A DNA stretch of 57,379 bases, the filler included, from Sphacelaria rigidula (lineage: Eukaryota): NCBI GenBank assembly GCA_964200075.2. It is 4 parts of 4 records of this genome, joined end to end, with 100 filler letters (N's around TTAATTAATTAA, not from the genome) between each part and the next. Parts side by side here need not be neighbours in the genome. Positions count along the whole stretch, not along the records: positions 1 to 14,272 come from CAXNAA020002344.1; positions 14,373 to 28,642 come from CAXNAA020002345.1; 2 more parts are not named here. One strand, written 5' to 3'. Below the pieces are notes generated by a model that did no database searches, was not told the origin of the DNA, and saw only the letters and a list, made by a program, of their open reading frames with translations. Shown here piece by piece: positions 12,080-25,991 of this stretch. Position numbers and translations under genes: made by a program. Each line of letters begins with the position of its first letter. Position 1 is the first letter of the stretch.

Positions 12080-14272
12080 CGGTGTGTTTTATTGCCCAGG
12101 GTATGCATCTACCATGATTTTGAAGCAGCTCTTCGCCGCAAATGAGCTACCGTGATCGTCGCAGACGTCAAGAAGCGTTGAAATTATCCGTCCAGTGGAG
12201 GCGTGGGGCCATGCATGGGGTATGATCGTTTCCGCTGTCAGCAGTATCCTCGACAGGAGACTAATGAGGAGAGGAATCGAGATGTACTCCCGCACGTTCC
12301 GCAGCACTTCAACTGTGATGATGTTCACGGTTGCGAGATGCACACACACACAGGAACGTCGACATTTTCCCTCATCACCAAAGCCCCAGATCTCGGTTGA
12401 GTTTAGTTGCACAAATGAACAGCATTCAAAAGTCGGAGTGACATGCCCCGGAGCTTTGCATGACCATACTTGACACAGATTGGATTGTTTTTAATTTAGC
12501 ACTCAATCACGTCCTCATACATAAATAGTTTTCACAATATTTGTTTCCAGTTTAATGTTCTGCGAACCGCGCGCTTCCCAGCCTCGGAAGCCGAGCTGAA
12601 GCTTTATCACGGGGTAATACATGGTGTCGGAGTGAGGAATCGTTATTTTCTCCAAGAATCAGTTGTGCTGGACTGTTTTCGACATGCGGAACATTCCATC
12701 GTGTGGTCTTGATGTCTCAGCTTGGGCGGCCTCGTTTTTGCCATCTATATGTCGTGTCCGCGTGTCCTCTCGTCACCTGCCATGACCTTACATTATTTAC
12801 TTGAGTCGTCCCCGCCACTTCACGCGAAAGTCCGACTCTTTCAAACGAAGGGAGCATTAATTGGCTTGAAGATTCCAAGATGTGATGGAGAATCTATTCG
12901 CCGTGCGATGGATATCGTGACGGGGGTTAAACGAGGTGTTCGAGTAGGCTGTTGGAAAGGACAACATCGCGTTCATCAGGTTTGAGTGCGCGATTTCTTG
13001 CCTTCGATACGTCACAACGCATCACAGATACGTGTGAAAACTGTACAGGAATTGCGCAGTCCAGTTCGCTCGAAACACTTGAAGCACCCAACAAGCGCAA
13101 CCGTCTTCTCCCGACTTTCGGGAGACGAGCGCATCGTCCAACGGGAGAGCTCACTGTTTCTGTCACAATCAGGATGGGACCACCTTCCAACAAAGAAGAG
13201 TATTCCGCATGAGGGCAGCAAATCTTCATCGCGGTTTCCGGAAGTACATTTTTTTTTCACACATGAATAGTGCCCCACGTTCGAAATGGGTGGCAAGTTG
13301 GGATTAATATACCCAAGAGTCTGAATCTGGGCTGAAACGTGTCCGGATCCCTGATGACCGGTCAGCCCGTAAGTCACTCAATATCGGGCACAGATGAATT
13401 TTTTCTCGGAATGTGGAGCAGACACTGTCATCTTCAGGTCCCTCATGTGATGAGCGTTGGCAAGCAAGATGCACGAAGAAAATCGCCAATTACGAAGACA
13501 TGACCAAATATGCCACTCTGAATGTGGCGTACTGCGAAGGGCACCCTTATCACGAATCTACTAGCCGTCTGGTGACTGATGTCGCGAACGGGATGAAAGT
13601 GCATAGGAGACTGGATGTCCGAACGGTTCGCAAGGACATGGCTGATTGGCTCACTGTTTGTGGTCACATGATGGACGCACCCAAAAAAACACATTGGCCG
13701 ACACGGCAATGCAAGCTCCATCTGGTGGCGGTCGCTGTTCTCCATGGTGTCAAGTACCGGATCCCGAAGCCATGTACTCGCCCGTACTACCCGTGATATT
13801 TTTTTAAACATCTTCACATCTAGTTACCCTGCTTTTTTTTCTCCGAGTGGTGACAACGTAAAACGCTTGTGAGAGCGCCAGTCGTATTGGGTTGTCGTAC
13901 ACACTTCCGGGCCACGGACACACACGGGCAATACTCATGTCACGCCCTTCCTGTTGGTAAACCAAATCTTGAACGCTTGGAAGAAGACTTGTGGACATGA
14001 ATCTGTGGCATTTACTGTCGGGTCACGGCCGCTTCGGTGTGAGATTATACACGGGAGACGTTTTAGCTGCACACGGTACATCGCTTTTTGTACATTTTGT
14101 TCGGGCCAGATTGATTCCTTCATTTTTCTTCACTGCTTTGAGTCGTTTTGTACGGAAACGACAAGTTGCTCACTAAAGCGCCCGAACCTATCCTGAAAGA
14201 AAATGGGGTCTCACTTTTTTCAAGGCTCCTCTCGGGAATATTCCCGCGGGAAAAATACCGCGGTATTTCCAC

Positions 14273-14372
14273 NNNNNNNNNNNNNNNNNNNNNNNNNNNN
14301 NNNNNNNNNNNNNNNNTTAATTAATTAANNNNNNNNNNNNNNNNNNNNNNNNNNNNNNNNNNNNNNNNNNNN
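14273..14372. other. Artificial contig linker (44 N + TTAATTAATTAA + 44 N)
   Basis: Exactly 100 nt with a six-frame stop 12-mer at 14317-14328. Identical to the linkers at 28643 and 43013. Confidence 0.97.
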
Positions 14373-14789
14373 GGATGCGTGGTCAATGGTCAAACGACTG
14401 AGGCAAGCAACAAATGAGTACGCCCCCCCTCCCGCCCGCTCGCCCGCCCGCCCGCCACCGCCAATGTTGGACATACATGAAAATTCGGATGTGGTGAGGT
14501 TTCAATCTATATGCTATCCCTTGTTGCAATAGAAACTCCTCCAAGTAATCGAATGTACACATCAATACTTTGCATGTCGGACTAAGCGTCATGTACGTCG
14601 TACTTTCAGCGTCCAGAAATCCGTGTTGATATGCTCCAGAGTAACAGAGTTCTCGAGCCGTGCCATCATTCAATGCCAAACCTTCACCATAGATACCCTG
14701 CGCCTAATATGTTGTCGTATCCTAGTGGTTAATGATCCCTGGTCTACTATTAGTAACCCCCGCACGTGAGCGTCAGCATGGCTTGTCAC

Positions 14790-17700
14790 CTGCGATATTG
14801 GGTTTGAACCTTCAGCACAGCTCTTGCCCTGGCCGCAAAAATCTCCTGCCGACAAAATTGTCGCCACCTTGCCAGCCTAGCCCGCAGAACGATCGGCCTC
14901 CTTGCCATGAGCAGTTGCTGGTTTGCAATCATTGTCGTTTTGTTATTCATGTTTGAAACGGAGCATATTGAAGGCAATCAAGATTCAGGACGCAGTAATT
15001 TAAAACCGACACCTCGAACCCAGTTCGTACATCCGATCCAACTACAAGAGGAACAGTGCTAAGCATGGTAAGTCATCACGCGTAACTACTGCTAATACCC
15101 TGCTTTATCCACAAGAAAGACGCGGCAACAAATAGCACATCTCAACGAAAGGTAGGTATTCTCCAAAGAGACAACTTTCCCTGGCGACGGAGAATCGGCC
15201 AGAATGTACTGATGACAGCCCCCCGCTGTCATCCTTCAACCAACGACGTCGCCCCTAGGCAAATGGCGAGACGACTTCTTCTTTTCTTTTTTTCTTTGTG
15301 GGAAGGAAGAAATCTCACCCAACACTTACGCCGCGAGCGGGTTCGTGTGCCGATAACCCGGAGGCTCGGCTAACCCGCCTTACGGTCGTCATGTGGGGTG
15401 GACGCTTTGAGCGGTCGGAAAGCTTTGCTCAAGGCAGTACGCGAGTTGAACCCACTGAAGCCCCACATGTCAACTTGGCGTAGTGCACACGCCGCCCAAC
15501 TTTTATGAGCTTCGGAGCTAGGGGCGGGACGACTGTATACGAGGTGCTTGCCGACCCGGGCAGTGGGTTGTCCACGTCACATAAGGATGGAATAAATCGC
15601 TCGTCATCTGGTCTGCGCCATCATTTTTGTGTTACTATGCCCGACTACAAGATATCGCCGGGTGTCTATACCGTAGCACTTCGTACCCGACGTCATTAAC
15701 CCTTTTGAAACTCGCGAAACACAGTACAACTTCCCGTATGTAGGCTTTCGTCACCGGGAAAACGTCACTTCGACTTCGGTTCACAAATCTGTCACTATAG
15801 TATACTTGAACTAAGAGTGATGTACCGTTTTGGTGGGCTACATCAAAAGTTGCAGAAAAACAACCATATCTGGACCAAGAAAACATCAATTGTAAAATCG
15901 TCACTTTTCCATCAACGGTTCCAAAAGGGTTAAGTGCTGCACGTTCGACAGGCGAGAGAGTGCCTGAATTCCACACGGCACTTCTTCCAAGGGTGGAGAG
16001 GCGTGGCAAGCACTGAAAACTGGAGGAAAGACACGCCTCGCGAATAGTGGGTTACTAGTTGTTCTCTTTCCGATAACTCGAGTCATGTGGAGTATTCAAA
16101 GTATCCCCGATGATACGTCCGAGCAGTTTTGTTCACACGCGCAAAGAAACTCGGTGAGAAATCGTTTGTTGTTTTCATAGAAAATAAGTTGAAGTATCGT
16201 CAAAAGCAACTCGAACGCTGGGCGCTGGTCGGGCCAGACGTGAATGTGCAAGCTGTTCAACGCAAACGCTCAGCGCGATTGTATTGAGCAGCACTTGACA
16301 CGCATAACAACATAGAAATAATGATTCCACACGAACCCCTGCACGAGTGCAATCGGGTCCTATAGACACAGACAAACCAATGACTAAGAAGACGTCTTCA
16401 AAGTATATATGCTGCCCTCGTGCAGCGTCGTAAGTTGCCATTGTCGTCGCAGTATGAAAGCGAACTGCAGCGAGTACATCATGCCTCATAGAAATATCGG
16501 GGTAAAAAGCACGTCTTGCGTGCATACAAGTATCTGCACCCACCTTTATCTTCAGCGCGCCAAATCGCTGTCGGTAACCCATCCCCCTTTCCCGAAAACG
16601 CTGGGCCTCGCAGATAATCTTCCATCTGAGGCGAATGAATGGGCACCATTGCATGAAAACGCCCGAATTTCGCCGGGCGTTTAAGGACTGACGCGAGCCC
16701 AACAATGAGCTTGGCGATTTCTTCTTGGTCCGGAGTGGAAGGCCAACTCCGAAGATATACCGTTCTGTCAGAATTGAGTTATTTATTACTGTGGTGGTGT
16801 TTCATAAATATAAATAAGTTTCAAGTGACAGCGCCGCGCATCGCCACCACTATTCTGTGGTGTTCTTTCGAAAACAGCAGCATCTCCAAGAGAGGAGAAT
16901 GCATTTCCCCAGAGAACAGCATGGAAGATACGGGTTGTAGTTTGCCCAAGTCCGTTTTCTTTGCGATCAATATAGACCTCGCGGCGAACGTACGTAAAGT
17001 CAGTACAGCAACGCTTGTCACAGGCAGTCTCTGGAGCAGTCACTCGCGGTATGCTGGGAGCCTCTCTGTTCTCTACTTTCAGGCCCGAAAATCACCCTCA
17101 TCCTGCCAACAACCCTTTCAGGCTTCTTCCAGATCTGCCACTCACGCCCCCTGGACACTAGCACGTGGACGACTGCCAATAGAATACCATCAAGTGGTCT
17201 ACGACCACAAAAGGCGTTGAAGGAAAAGAATACGAACTATATGCAACGGCGTGTATCCTGACACTTGTAATAACTCCATTCGCGCGCATTGTACAACAAC
17301 CGCGTTGTCGACCTATTCTCTACATGTCGATTCCTCAATTACGATTGAGATTACCTCGATATCAGGTACTTCTCCTTCCACCACGTACCGTAACCTTCCG
17401 TAAAATAGGCTTATTGTTGTCTGTTGCTTCACCTTGCGGTTATCTGTGCTGCACTGCAGAGTACCTACATAGAAATGCACACAGCTGTTGTCCCCGAATT
17501 CCGCCAGTATGATCGAAATACTCGCTCACCTGGCCAATGCTTGTGTCATGCGCGCTTTCGCTCGCTCCTGTTGCCATAACTCAAGGGCCCTTGCCACGAA
17601 ACCTCGAGCTTGTGCCGCGCCGCCCGGGTGGATGAGCAGGAGCGACAAAGGTAAGGCATTTGCGTTTAATTGCACCTGCGCAACAGGAACAGTAGTAGAA

Positions 17701-20284
17701 ACAGTAAAATGAAGGGAAGAGACTGTTTCGGGGGGGGGCAGCTGTGCTCCTTCCCACCAGCAACGCTATTGTTGTCACTGCTTACCCTTGAGTGCTGTAC
17801 CACCGCGCAGCACCACGGTGCCATAAAGTCTCAGCTTTCCAATCGTGCCGGGGGTGCTCGTTCATCATCCCCGAACGAGCCGTTTCATGAAACAACCCGT
17901 GCTCATGTTTATCCTTTTTCTCTCTTGGCCATAGTCACAGGTATGCACACCTGGGCCAGCTGCTCCTCCTGCATAGCCGCATCTGCCCGTCGAATCGCCT
18001 TCAGCTCCCTTTCCATCAGCTCAACGGACGGTAGCAGTCGCTTCAATCTGCGTTGCTCTTCTTCGATAATCCAACCATCACCAACCAAAGAGGAAGTGGC
18101 AGACCTGAGTCGTGTATCGATAGGAAAAGGGGGCGGGGATGTTTCTTTCCTCGGACTATGACGACAATGTCGCCCTTTGCCCTCCTAGTACCATGTTTCT
18201 ATCAGAGCGGGACTTTTAAGCAATATCAAAGATGATAGGACATCCTTCCCGGGCGTCAAGTCTGCAAACACTACCATCACAATGCCCATATTTTGCCCTG
18301 CACCCTCCCTACGCTTGAAGGACTCGCCTATATATTTCTAGATCCCAGGTGCCAGCGCGTGCGTTCCCCTCGCCTCCGCAAGCCCTCCTCCTCTCACTGA
18401 ACCGTCCTCGCCCACGTCGACGGCAGCAGACTAACCGCGAACGATCATCAGCCCCGTCGTCGTCTTTTTTCTCTGTCTGCCGCCGTGCTTCCGATGCTGC
18501 TCGCAGAGCGATGAACACCTTTCGAGAAGCCATTTCCACCCGCGCTATGTCGGTGCGAGCAGCGACGGTTCCGGCGCGTACTACCGTGCGTGACGAGTGG
18601 TAAGGATCAAGCAGGGCGGTGTACGGTGACGGTGAATGTTCCGAAAAAACACGACGGTTGATCGTACGCTTTCCTCCGGTAGTGGTTCTGGTGCCATGAT
18701 ACCGCCGACCGTTGCTGCATACACCATCGTCGTACTCCTCCGACCAATTGAGCATGTCAAAGGCTTCGTAGGCACCACCGCTGATGTCTGTTCTTGTAGC
18801 AGCAGTGCGGGGGGGCGACCAAGAAAAACTGCGGTGATCACGATCATAAAAGCCTGCCAAAACATCTTGATCGTTGAACCCGTCGCGAAATACAGTACCG
18901 CGACGACGGTCTCTTGCCTCAGCGCTTGTGGAGCGCTTGTGGTCGTATCGAGCGCTGGGCCAACACACTCCGGCTTCTTCAAGAAACTGTCGAGATATTG
19001 CATCTCCTTCATTTTCTCGCTCATCGCCTCTCCTGTTTTTCCCGGTTTCGACGCTGCACTCGGTTGTTTCCGAGGAGCCAGAATCATATTCGATATCGCT
19101 GCGATCTCGAACGCGAAGCCAGGCGCGGCGTCGGTGCCCTTCCTGCCGTTTTCTTCGATCAGTTGAACGTAGTCGTAGCGGAGAAGACAATGCCCATTCT
19201 CTTGCATCTTGATCGCGGAAGTATTTTGTCTCTTGTTCGCGCGCGGCTACGGCAAGGACGTTGGTCTGACCGGTAGCACTGGCTGCAGCTCTTGCCCTAC
19301 CTATTGTTCCTGCTTGCTCTCGGGGCAACTGCAGGCCGAGCGATATTCTCCCGGTCACGTTAGACTCCAAAAGCCCGAAACCTTCCCCGCGTAGCAACGG
19401 GGAGACCATACCCGATGTTCCCTGACGTCTTCGTCGCCTGCTCGACCAGCCCTCAGCATTGGTGCTCATTCCGGAGACTCTAGATTTTCTTTGCCTCTGA
19501 GTCATGTGACGCTCTTTGATTTTATCAGCTTCCGCATTTCTTCGTTGCCGGGTTGTTTCCTTGACCACACGCTCGGAAGACCGTGCACGCGCAATCCGCG
19601 ACAGTTTTGCCCGGTACGTTCGGTACGGTGAGTCCGGGAGGGCAAACCTCCCGCCGAGGTTCCCACCTTCCCCGTTTCCGTGTAAACCAGCATCACTATA
19701 TGATGGCAAAGGGAGGTCGGTAGAGCGGTGGTGATGTCGGGTAGGGCTAACATGAGAAGCCGTTTGAATGTGGACATCGGGGTGGAAATTCACGAAGGAG
19801 GGAGTAGGAGAAGGAGAAAAAATGCCGCTGTTGTCGCTGCCACCGTCGCCGCTAGTACGGCCAAATGCAAATGATTCTTCAAGACTTCGTAATTTGTCAT
19901 CATTGTCTGAGAAATATACCGCGCCTGTTCCTGGAATACCCCGCCGCTGGCGGCGATGACGAGGACAAATGCGAGCCGGAGAATGCGACAGAGATCTCTT
20001 CATCAAAGCTCCCTTATCTGGCCCCGAAGAACCGTATTTCCCCCCGCGTTCCCGGACGACGGTGGGCGGTGACGCTTCCAAGCTTCTACGCCGCTGCCGG
20101 CGATTACTGCTGTTGTTGCAAATCGTATCCCGCCGGTCCACTCTCTGTCTCCGGTTCCGTGTCGGTGTTTTCAGCGGTGGAGACGATAGAGTTGTTGTCG
20201 GCGGTGATACTGCGCGATAGCTGCTTCCATCACCATCGTTGCCTGTTGAACGTCGTTTGCCGCCATACCTGTGGGCAAATTCTC

Positions 20285-20351
<67 letters not shown>

Positions 20352-23300
20352 ATGTTGCTGTTTCCTCCCGCCGCGAGGACTCCACTCTTGAGCAATGGCG
20401 GCATCTTCCTCCTCTGGCCTTACCCCCAAGGTCAGTACGAGGTCATCGTTGGCGACTGAACCGTGCAACACCTCCGCAGATGCCGGGCGCGACTGGGACA
20501 ATGCACTAAGTTTCGCGAGTACGAACAGCAGACCGAAGCGTCGTTCCGAGGCAGCAACGAGAAGCCACGGAGGAAGGGTATAAGGTTTGTTTTGTGAAAA
20601 ATTACCGACAAAAATGCCCCGACGTCATATAAGCTACTATTTTCTTCTGCACGCCACGCGATGGGCTTCACCTTCAAAAGGTTCGACGTATTGAAGCGGT
20701 CTCGCTGTGTTTATGTTTGTCTCGGCAATGTCACATGTAAATTCACTCGAACGCCCTACGCTTGCATGCCATCGCATGATTGGTTGATTGATTGATTCAT
20801 TTATTCATTCATTCGTTTGACTGATCCACTAATCGGCCGATTGTTTAATTGTTGAAGATTAATTGATCCGCTACGAATCGACCCGAGGTCGTGAGTTAGA
20901 CGTAGAACAGCGCACAAAGTTCGTCTCCTAGGAAAGGTCGTTGCGCATGTCCAGGGCGCCTCCTCTCCCTCCCCCTCCCCCTCCCCCCACCTGTATGCCC
21001 GGAAGGCTTGCATCTGTTGGTACTCCTGCACCACAGCGTCACTCCCGATGGGCCAATCGGCGCCCCCCGTAGGCCGAGGCCGAGGTTTCGGCATGGAGAC
21101 ACCTTCGCGGTCACGACAAGTAGTAGCAAATAGTGCTGATATCGTATCGGAAAGTCCAACCACTTCAACAGACGAATATTTTCATATGTATACCGTATAT
21201 ATGAATATTTCATAACGGAACAGCATACCACGGACAGTGCCAACACTGCACCTTCATGAGCAGCGGCCCATTGCTCTGGACGACCTCCCCCAACGCCGCC
21301 AGGGTGATCGTGTGCAAACCAGAGTCGCGGTATCTGATAACCAAGTTTCTTGTCGGCAGCAATGACGTCTGTTTCGTCCCAGTCGTCTCGCCTCTGCACT
21401 TTTGAAGAGATTAATGCACCGAGAGTATATGAGGGCGAATGAAAGCAAGTACGAGGGCGGGCGTACTGTTGCTTACATTGCTTTTTGATTGATTTTTTTT
21501 ATTGATCTTCGCACTTTAACTGACCCCCCCCAGGGGTCCAGCCGTGGTCTCGTGATAGACGTACCCAAGAAAAGACGAAACTGAAACACGCTCTGAGAAA
21601 AAGAAGGAGCAGAACAAAAAACAAAAAGAGGGTCGAACAGAACGACATAGCAGACTAAGTCGTGACAAAGAAAAAGGAATAAAAAAGTCAACACAAGCAA
21701 AGCGCAGAAAGAAATGGCCGACCTGAACCAAGAAAAAGAAGAAGAAGAGGAAAGCACAGGACAAAAAAATAAAATACAATGAAACGATGGGGGGGAAAAA
21801 GAAAAGGAAAAGGCCCAAGGAGTTCAGGGCAGCAGAATAGATACACACACACACACACCAAAGGAAAAGATTGCTGCCAATACATATCTCAAGCCGAACG
21901 CCATGCTTGACATGTCGTGGCTCTTGGACTGCCACCCGCAAGTCCTCGAGCGGATATTACGTTGTCGTCAAGGAAACGAAACTGGAGGGTTGGTTGCGAG
22001 GTGGGGAGTGAGAGACTCGCTACGCTGTCTATCTGCCCTGACTTGAACATCACTCGAACAACTCTTTACGCGCCTTCGCACGACCTCTTATCTGCGAACG
22101 GACAGACCACCGCAGCACTTGCTACATGTGTTGAAAATGAGAAAGGATCCACAGACCTACTACCTCGTAGGCGATGGGTTTGTGTTCGCTCGTAGACGGG
22201 AAGGAAAGGCCGTCAACCTGCGGCATCAGGTAGAACCATAGCCGCGAGATCGACCGCCAGGAAGGGGTAAAGATAGTGAAAGCCGCCGGATACAGGCTGG
22301 GCTGAGTACTTCGTGGTGAGCCTTGTTTCACTCACGCATGAAACTACATATTCTCTTGAACTACACAGTGTAGTGTGAACAACGTAGGGAACATAGACGA
22401 GTAACGGATTGTATTTGTCACCACCCGGTCAGGCGATGCATACAGGCGAACTAACCATTTGCGATACGCGTTCACCAGACGCTAGCTGAATGTATAGAGG
22501 AAGCTGTGAAATCAACAGGCTCTCCATTTCCAAATGAGGCTCACCTTGATCTCTCGTGGGGGATCAGCACCAAAGAGAACCGACGGTCGGATGGGGGGTT
22601 GTCGGCCGAATCTCTCCGATATTTCCCCACCCAAGAGATTGATGGTAGGTGAGCATCCCTCGATCGTGTCACGGCCATGCAGTCTTCTCGCAGGAACAGA
22701 TACTGTGTGCCACACCTTGATGAAGACGATTCGGGTAAAGCAAAGATCATTTCGGGGATACCTTGGTGTACACACCAAAATGATCCAACGAAGCCCTGAA
22801 CGGTTACGGGACCGAACTGGTATCATAGCTCGAAGAAGTTCAGAATGTTTTCCAAGTATTCGTGTCTTATGCTCTGATCGTTCAGGTCAGTCGCCAATCC
22901 TAACGTGGAAATATTCACAGTCAGCGCTGACTGGTCAGTAGTCTAGTTGTTTGTCTCTTAAACCGTCACAGTGCCATCACTCTCCGGTGGTCTAGTCCCA
23001 GTATACCTTAGGCTGGACAGGGTGTAGGATTTAACGTTCAAATCCCGACATACAAGGCTTTTTTCACGTATCACCTGGCTTTCGTTGCAAAAGACGTCCG
23101 AGCATGAGTAATAAAGGAAAATCTGACGGGAATCAACGCGGCGCACGACTGTTAATTCAATCCGCTGTACCAAAATATGTGGTATATGCACGAGGGGAGA
23201 AAAGCCTTGATCCCTTCAAGCCACGGGCCAGTCCCGGGGAAAGGGGAGAGTTGGAAATACAACACTCTAGACGTAGTCATGAATACATCCCTGACTAGCA

Positions 23301-25991
23301 TATTGTGTTTTTTGAGTCACATATTTGCCTTCATGTTTCGCTTCATCTTGCCACCTAGTCCCGGAGATGATAGTCCTAATGGGGTGTCGTCACCATGGTC
23401 CTTGCGAATAGGGGAACGGTTTGGCTTGGGTTGTGTTGAACGAGATCCACACAAATTATTATCACCGCGTCCCCGCACTCGCCCGATCCTGGGCGGGGAG
23501 GCAAACCTTCCCGACGCCTGTATCGGTGCGAGCAACTGCGTGTTTTTGGCTGTGTCGATCCGTGAATCATCATAACCGCTTCCCGATGTCGTTGCCTTGC
23601 TATTCGACGCGTTTCGTTGTTGCGGCTCCCAGGTACCTCGGCGGTCGCGGCCATCACGCTTTCTTGGGGAAGATGTGGTGCGCTGTTCGGCATTTCTATC
23701 GTGAACAACACTAGTATCGAGGAGGTTTCTTTTTTTCCTACGGATTGGTCGCTTGAAGGCTCCCGTAGGGCCGAACACCGACGCTGGTCGAGCGAGCGCT
23801 TGCCTCGCAGCCCACCCTTTCTTCACCGTTGTCTCGACAATATCAGGACTTGGCGCAGGTCTCATGTGCACAAAGCCACCCACCCATCCATGCGAAGGGA
23901 TATCAGGCAACAACGGGGTACGTTTCTCGTCTTGACTCATCCCACTTTCTTTATCCGTCGTTGTGATCTCGTCTTGCTCTGGTAACGGAGTGTTGATCCC
24001 GCGGTGGTTCTTGGGCTCCGGGTTGTCGTCACTGTTCCCGAGTCCCTTTTTGCTACGACTATTGATACTTGCAAGAAGCGCGATCAGTAGGGATACAAGA
24101 GAGCAGCAATTCGACCGGATGTTGCTGGCATCGGCGCGGCCACAGCCAACTCCCTCGGCCATCGTTGTATTACCCTTCCCTGTTCCTGAAGAGGGTGTAC
24201 ATTGGCCAATGATATCCAGCAGGGAATCGAGGACGCCCCCGGCCCCGCCGCACTGCGCGACAATGTTCTGATGCGGGAATCACACGTTTTTCAGCACGGA
24301 GCGAATGACATAGGGCGGGGTTACATAAGTTTACGTACCATCCTTGCCGCAGTTACTTTCCAGCAACTTCTTTGGAACCCCCGTATGGGACAACCCGTAT
24401 GTTATGCGCTCTGGGCACCTCCCGATGGTTACCCTTCGATTCGCCACAACAGTGCTGTCTTTCCGAGACGTGCAGTGGTGTCTTCTCCCACGATATGGGG
24501 GCGGAGGGGTTGTGCGTGAGAATAGGACCAGGAGTGTGTTCCACGTCCTCACACAGTATTATTGGATTGCTATACGGGTGGAAACGGTGTAAAGTAGTGT
24601 AAGGAGGATCTTGACATTGATAACATGAGCATTATATTGAAAATTTTGCTTGCAGCGACTTCTCAAAGCTACTACTTCGTGCAAGAACTGGTGCAAAACA
24701 CCTCCCTCCTATCGTAGGATTCATCTCGCTCGGTAAATACAATAGACCGCCCAGGATCCTCTGTACTACGCACAATGTACTTGTATGCACTGTATTGCAC
24801 CATGAAAATTTGCTTCGCGCAGCATGTCGCATGTTGAGAGTTGACACCATGAGTGAACATACGGGCGTATAAAACCATGCGCCACTCGCTGATCTCATAG
24901 TGTCTTGAATGTCCAGCACCCAGGCTCAGTCGTGCCGGTAAGTGCCCCCCGAACAAGATGCGACTGTGTCGTGCTGATTCTTTTGGAAGTAGTTCCCTCC
25001 CCTCCCTGTCGCCCCGCCGTTCGTTCTGCGACATTCCCGGCGCTGAACAACCACAGCGCAAGCACTCTCATTAATACTCTGGAACACCACTCGAAGTCAC
25101 AAAATCAATATGCTGCGAGTATCATTTTAATACATGAGAATTTTTGTCAGCGCGCGCAGGAGACTTTATCTCGGCGTCTCATAGTGCAGCATTCCCCGCG
25201 CTCTCGAGCCCTCACAGGCCACCGTGTCTGTCCTTCACTTGAAATCAGAGTGCATATATTTTACCCGTTCGAGCCCTTCGTCCGTTCCGATCATTTCGGG
25301 GACATACCATACGCGTTCTCTCGCTCCCGCGCTCTGTCCACTAGATCAAACTCGCGCCACACCATCGGCACAGACTCGCGCACCACACCACCACTACCGC
25401 ATATGTGGTGGACGTTCATGCTGTTGACATTAGACGACCGACCATAGAAATTTCAAGAACCTGCACGACGGATACTCGCACGTCCGCGACGGGCCCCACA
25501 ATCCGGGCACGCGTCCGCTGCGAACGTGACGGGGGCTCTCTTCTTCTCTCTGTCACGCCCTCCACTCGCCCTCCACTCGCCCTCACACCGCAATCCACCA
25601 CGCACTGCCATTCAAGGATATATAACATAATATGTGTACTCAGCAATTTGTTTGTAATGTAATTACGAACCTGGCGTACTCTGTCGATGATAGTTGCTCT
25701 TTCTCCTTGAGAATATGGTGCTGCCCTTGTCGTTCGCTCGATTTCCCTCTCCAGTGTCTTGCCCAATGCGGTCACTGCCATACCCCTGTGGTACACGTGC
25801 AAGTCCTCGTTCGTGATCATTTCCGAGCACCTAGCTACAAGTGCCGGATAATTATGCAGCTTGTATTCTCCTGCGGCAACAGAAAGAAGCCAGCTGGTCG
25901 TGTCGTTGCCTGCATCTGGCTGGGTGAAGACGGCGGCGGCTGCACTCCTCGCCGCGTCGGCAAGAGCAGGCTGTGCGGTGGTGGCCATCAT
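14790..25991 (-). CDS. Large uncharacterised protein (at least ~1380 aa, 3'-partial): helical N-terminus, long disordered Ser/Arg/polyQ region, coiled coil and IQ-like motif
   Basis: Phase-consistent exon chain: 25991-25671, 24267-23355, 22321-22218, 21393-21252, 21102-20991, 20505-18328 (2178-nt exon), 18104-17951, 17675-17530, and 14867 (or 14876)-14790, which ends AVLKVQTQYR. Extra exons near 25500 and 25000 are possible. The large exons are well supported; the full model is tentative. Confidence 0.7.
15276..15702 (-). mobile_element. Probable retroelement (LINE/SINE) 3' fragment in an intron
   Basis: A T-rich run at 15276-15297 (an A-rich tail on the - strand) adjoins a ~400-bp GC-rich body with no ORF. 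The family assignment is inference. Confidence 0.4.
20288..20358 (-). repeat. Coding CAG/CAA repeat (polyQ with His)
   Basis: (GTT)n(GCT)n on +, encoding QQHQQQQQQQQQQQQQHQQQQQHQQ in the 730-codon ORF. Confidence 0.9.

Noticed and set aside
8261..14272. Possible box C/D snoRNAs in RPL27 introns (TGATGA at ~8795, ~12316, ~13446)
   Set aside because: No convincing C/D pair with a terminal stem and an rRNA-complementary guide could be established by eye.
11053..14272. RPL27 as a truncated pseudogene
   Set aside because: The three exons are intact with good splice sites. The missing 3' end is explained by the contig ending.
14317..14328. TTAATTAATTAA palindrome repeated three times at regular ~14.37-kb spacing
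   Set aside because: Embedded in fixed N padding. It is an assembly linker, not a biological periodic element.
18349..20509. Long overlapping and antisense ORFs (18581-19207, 18636-19166, 19865-20509)
   Set aside because: These are shadows of the GC-rich 730-codon exon, with no independent protein features.
22440..22950. Possible LINE C-terminal Cys/His motif (PCSLLAGTDTVCHTL)
   Set aside because: Too degenerate, and no reverse transcriptase motifs were seen nearby.
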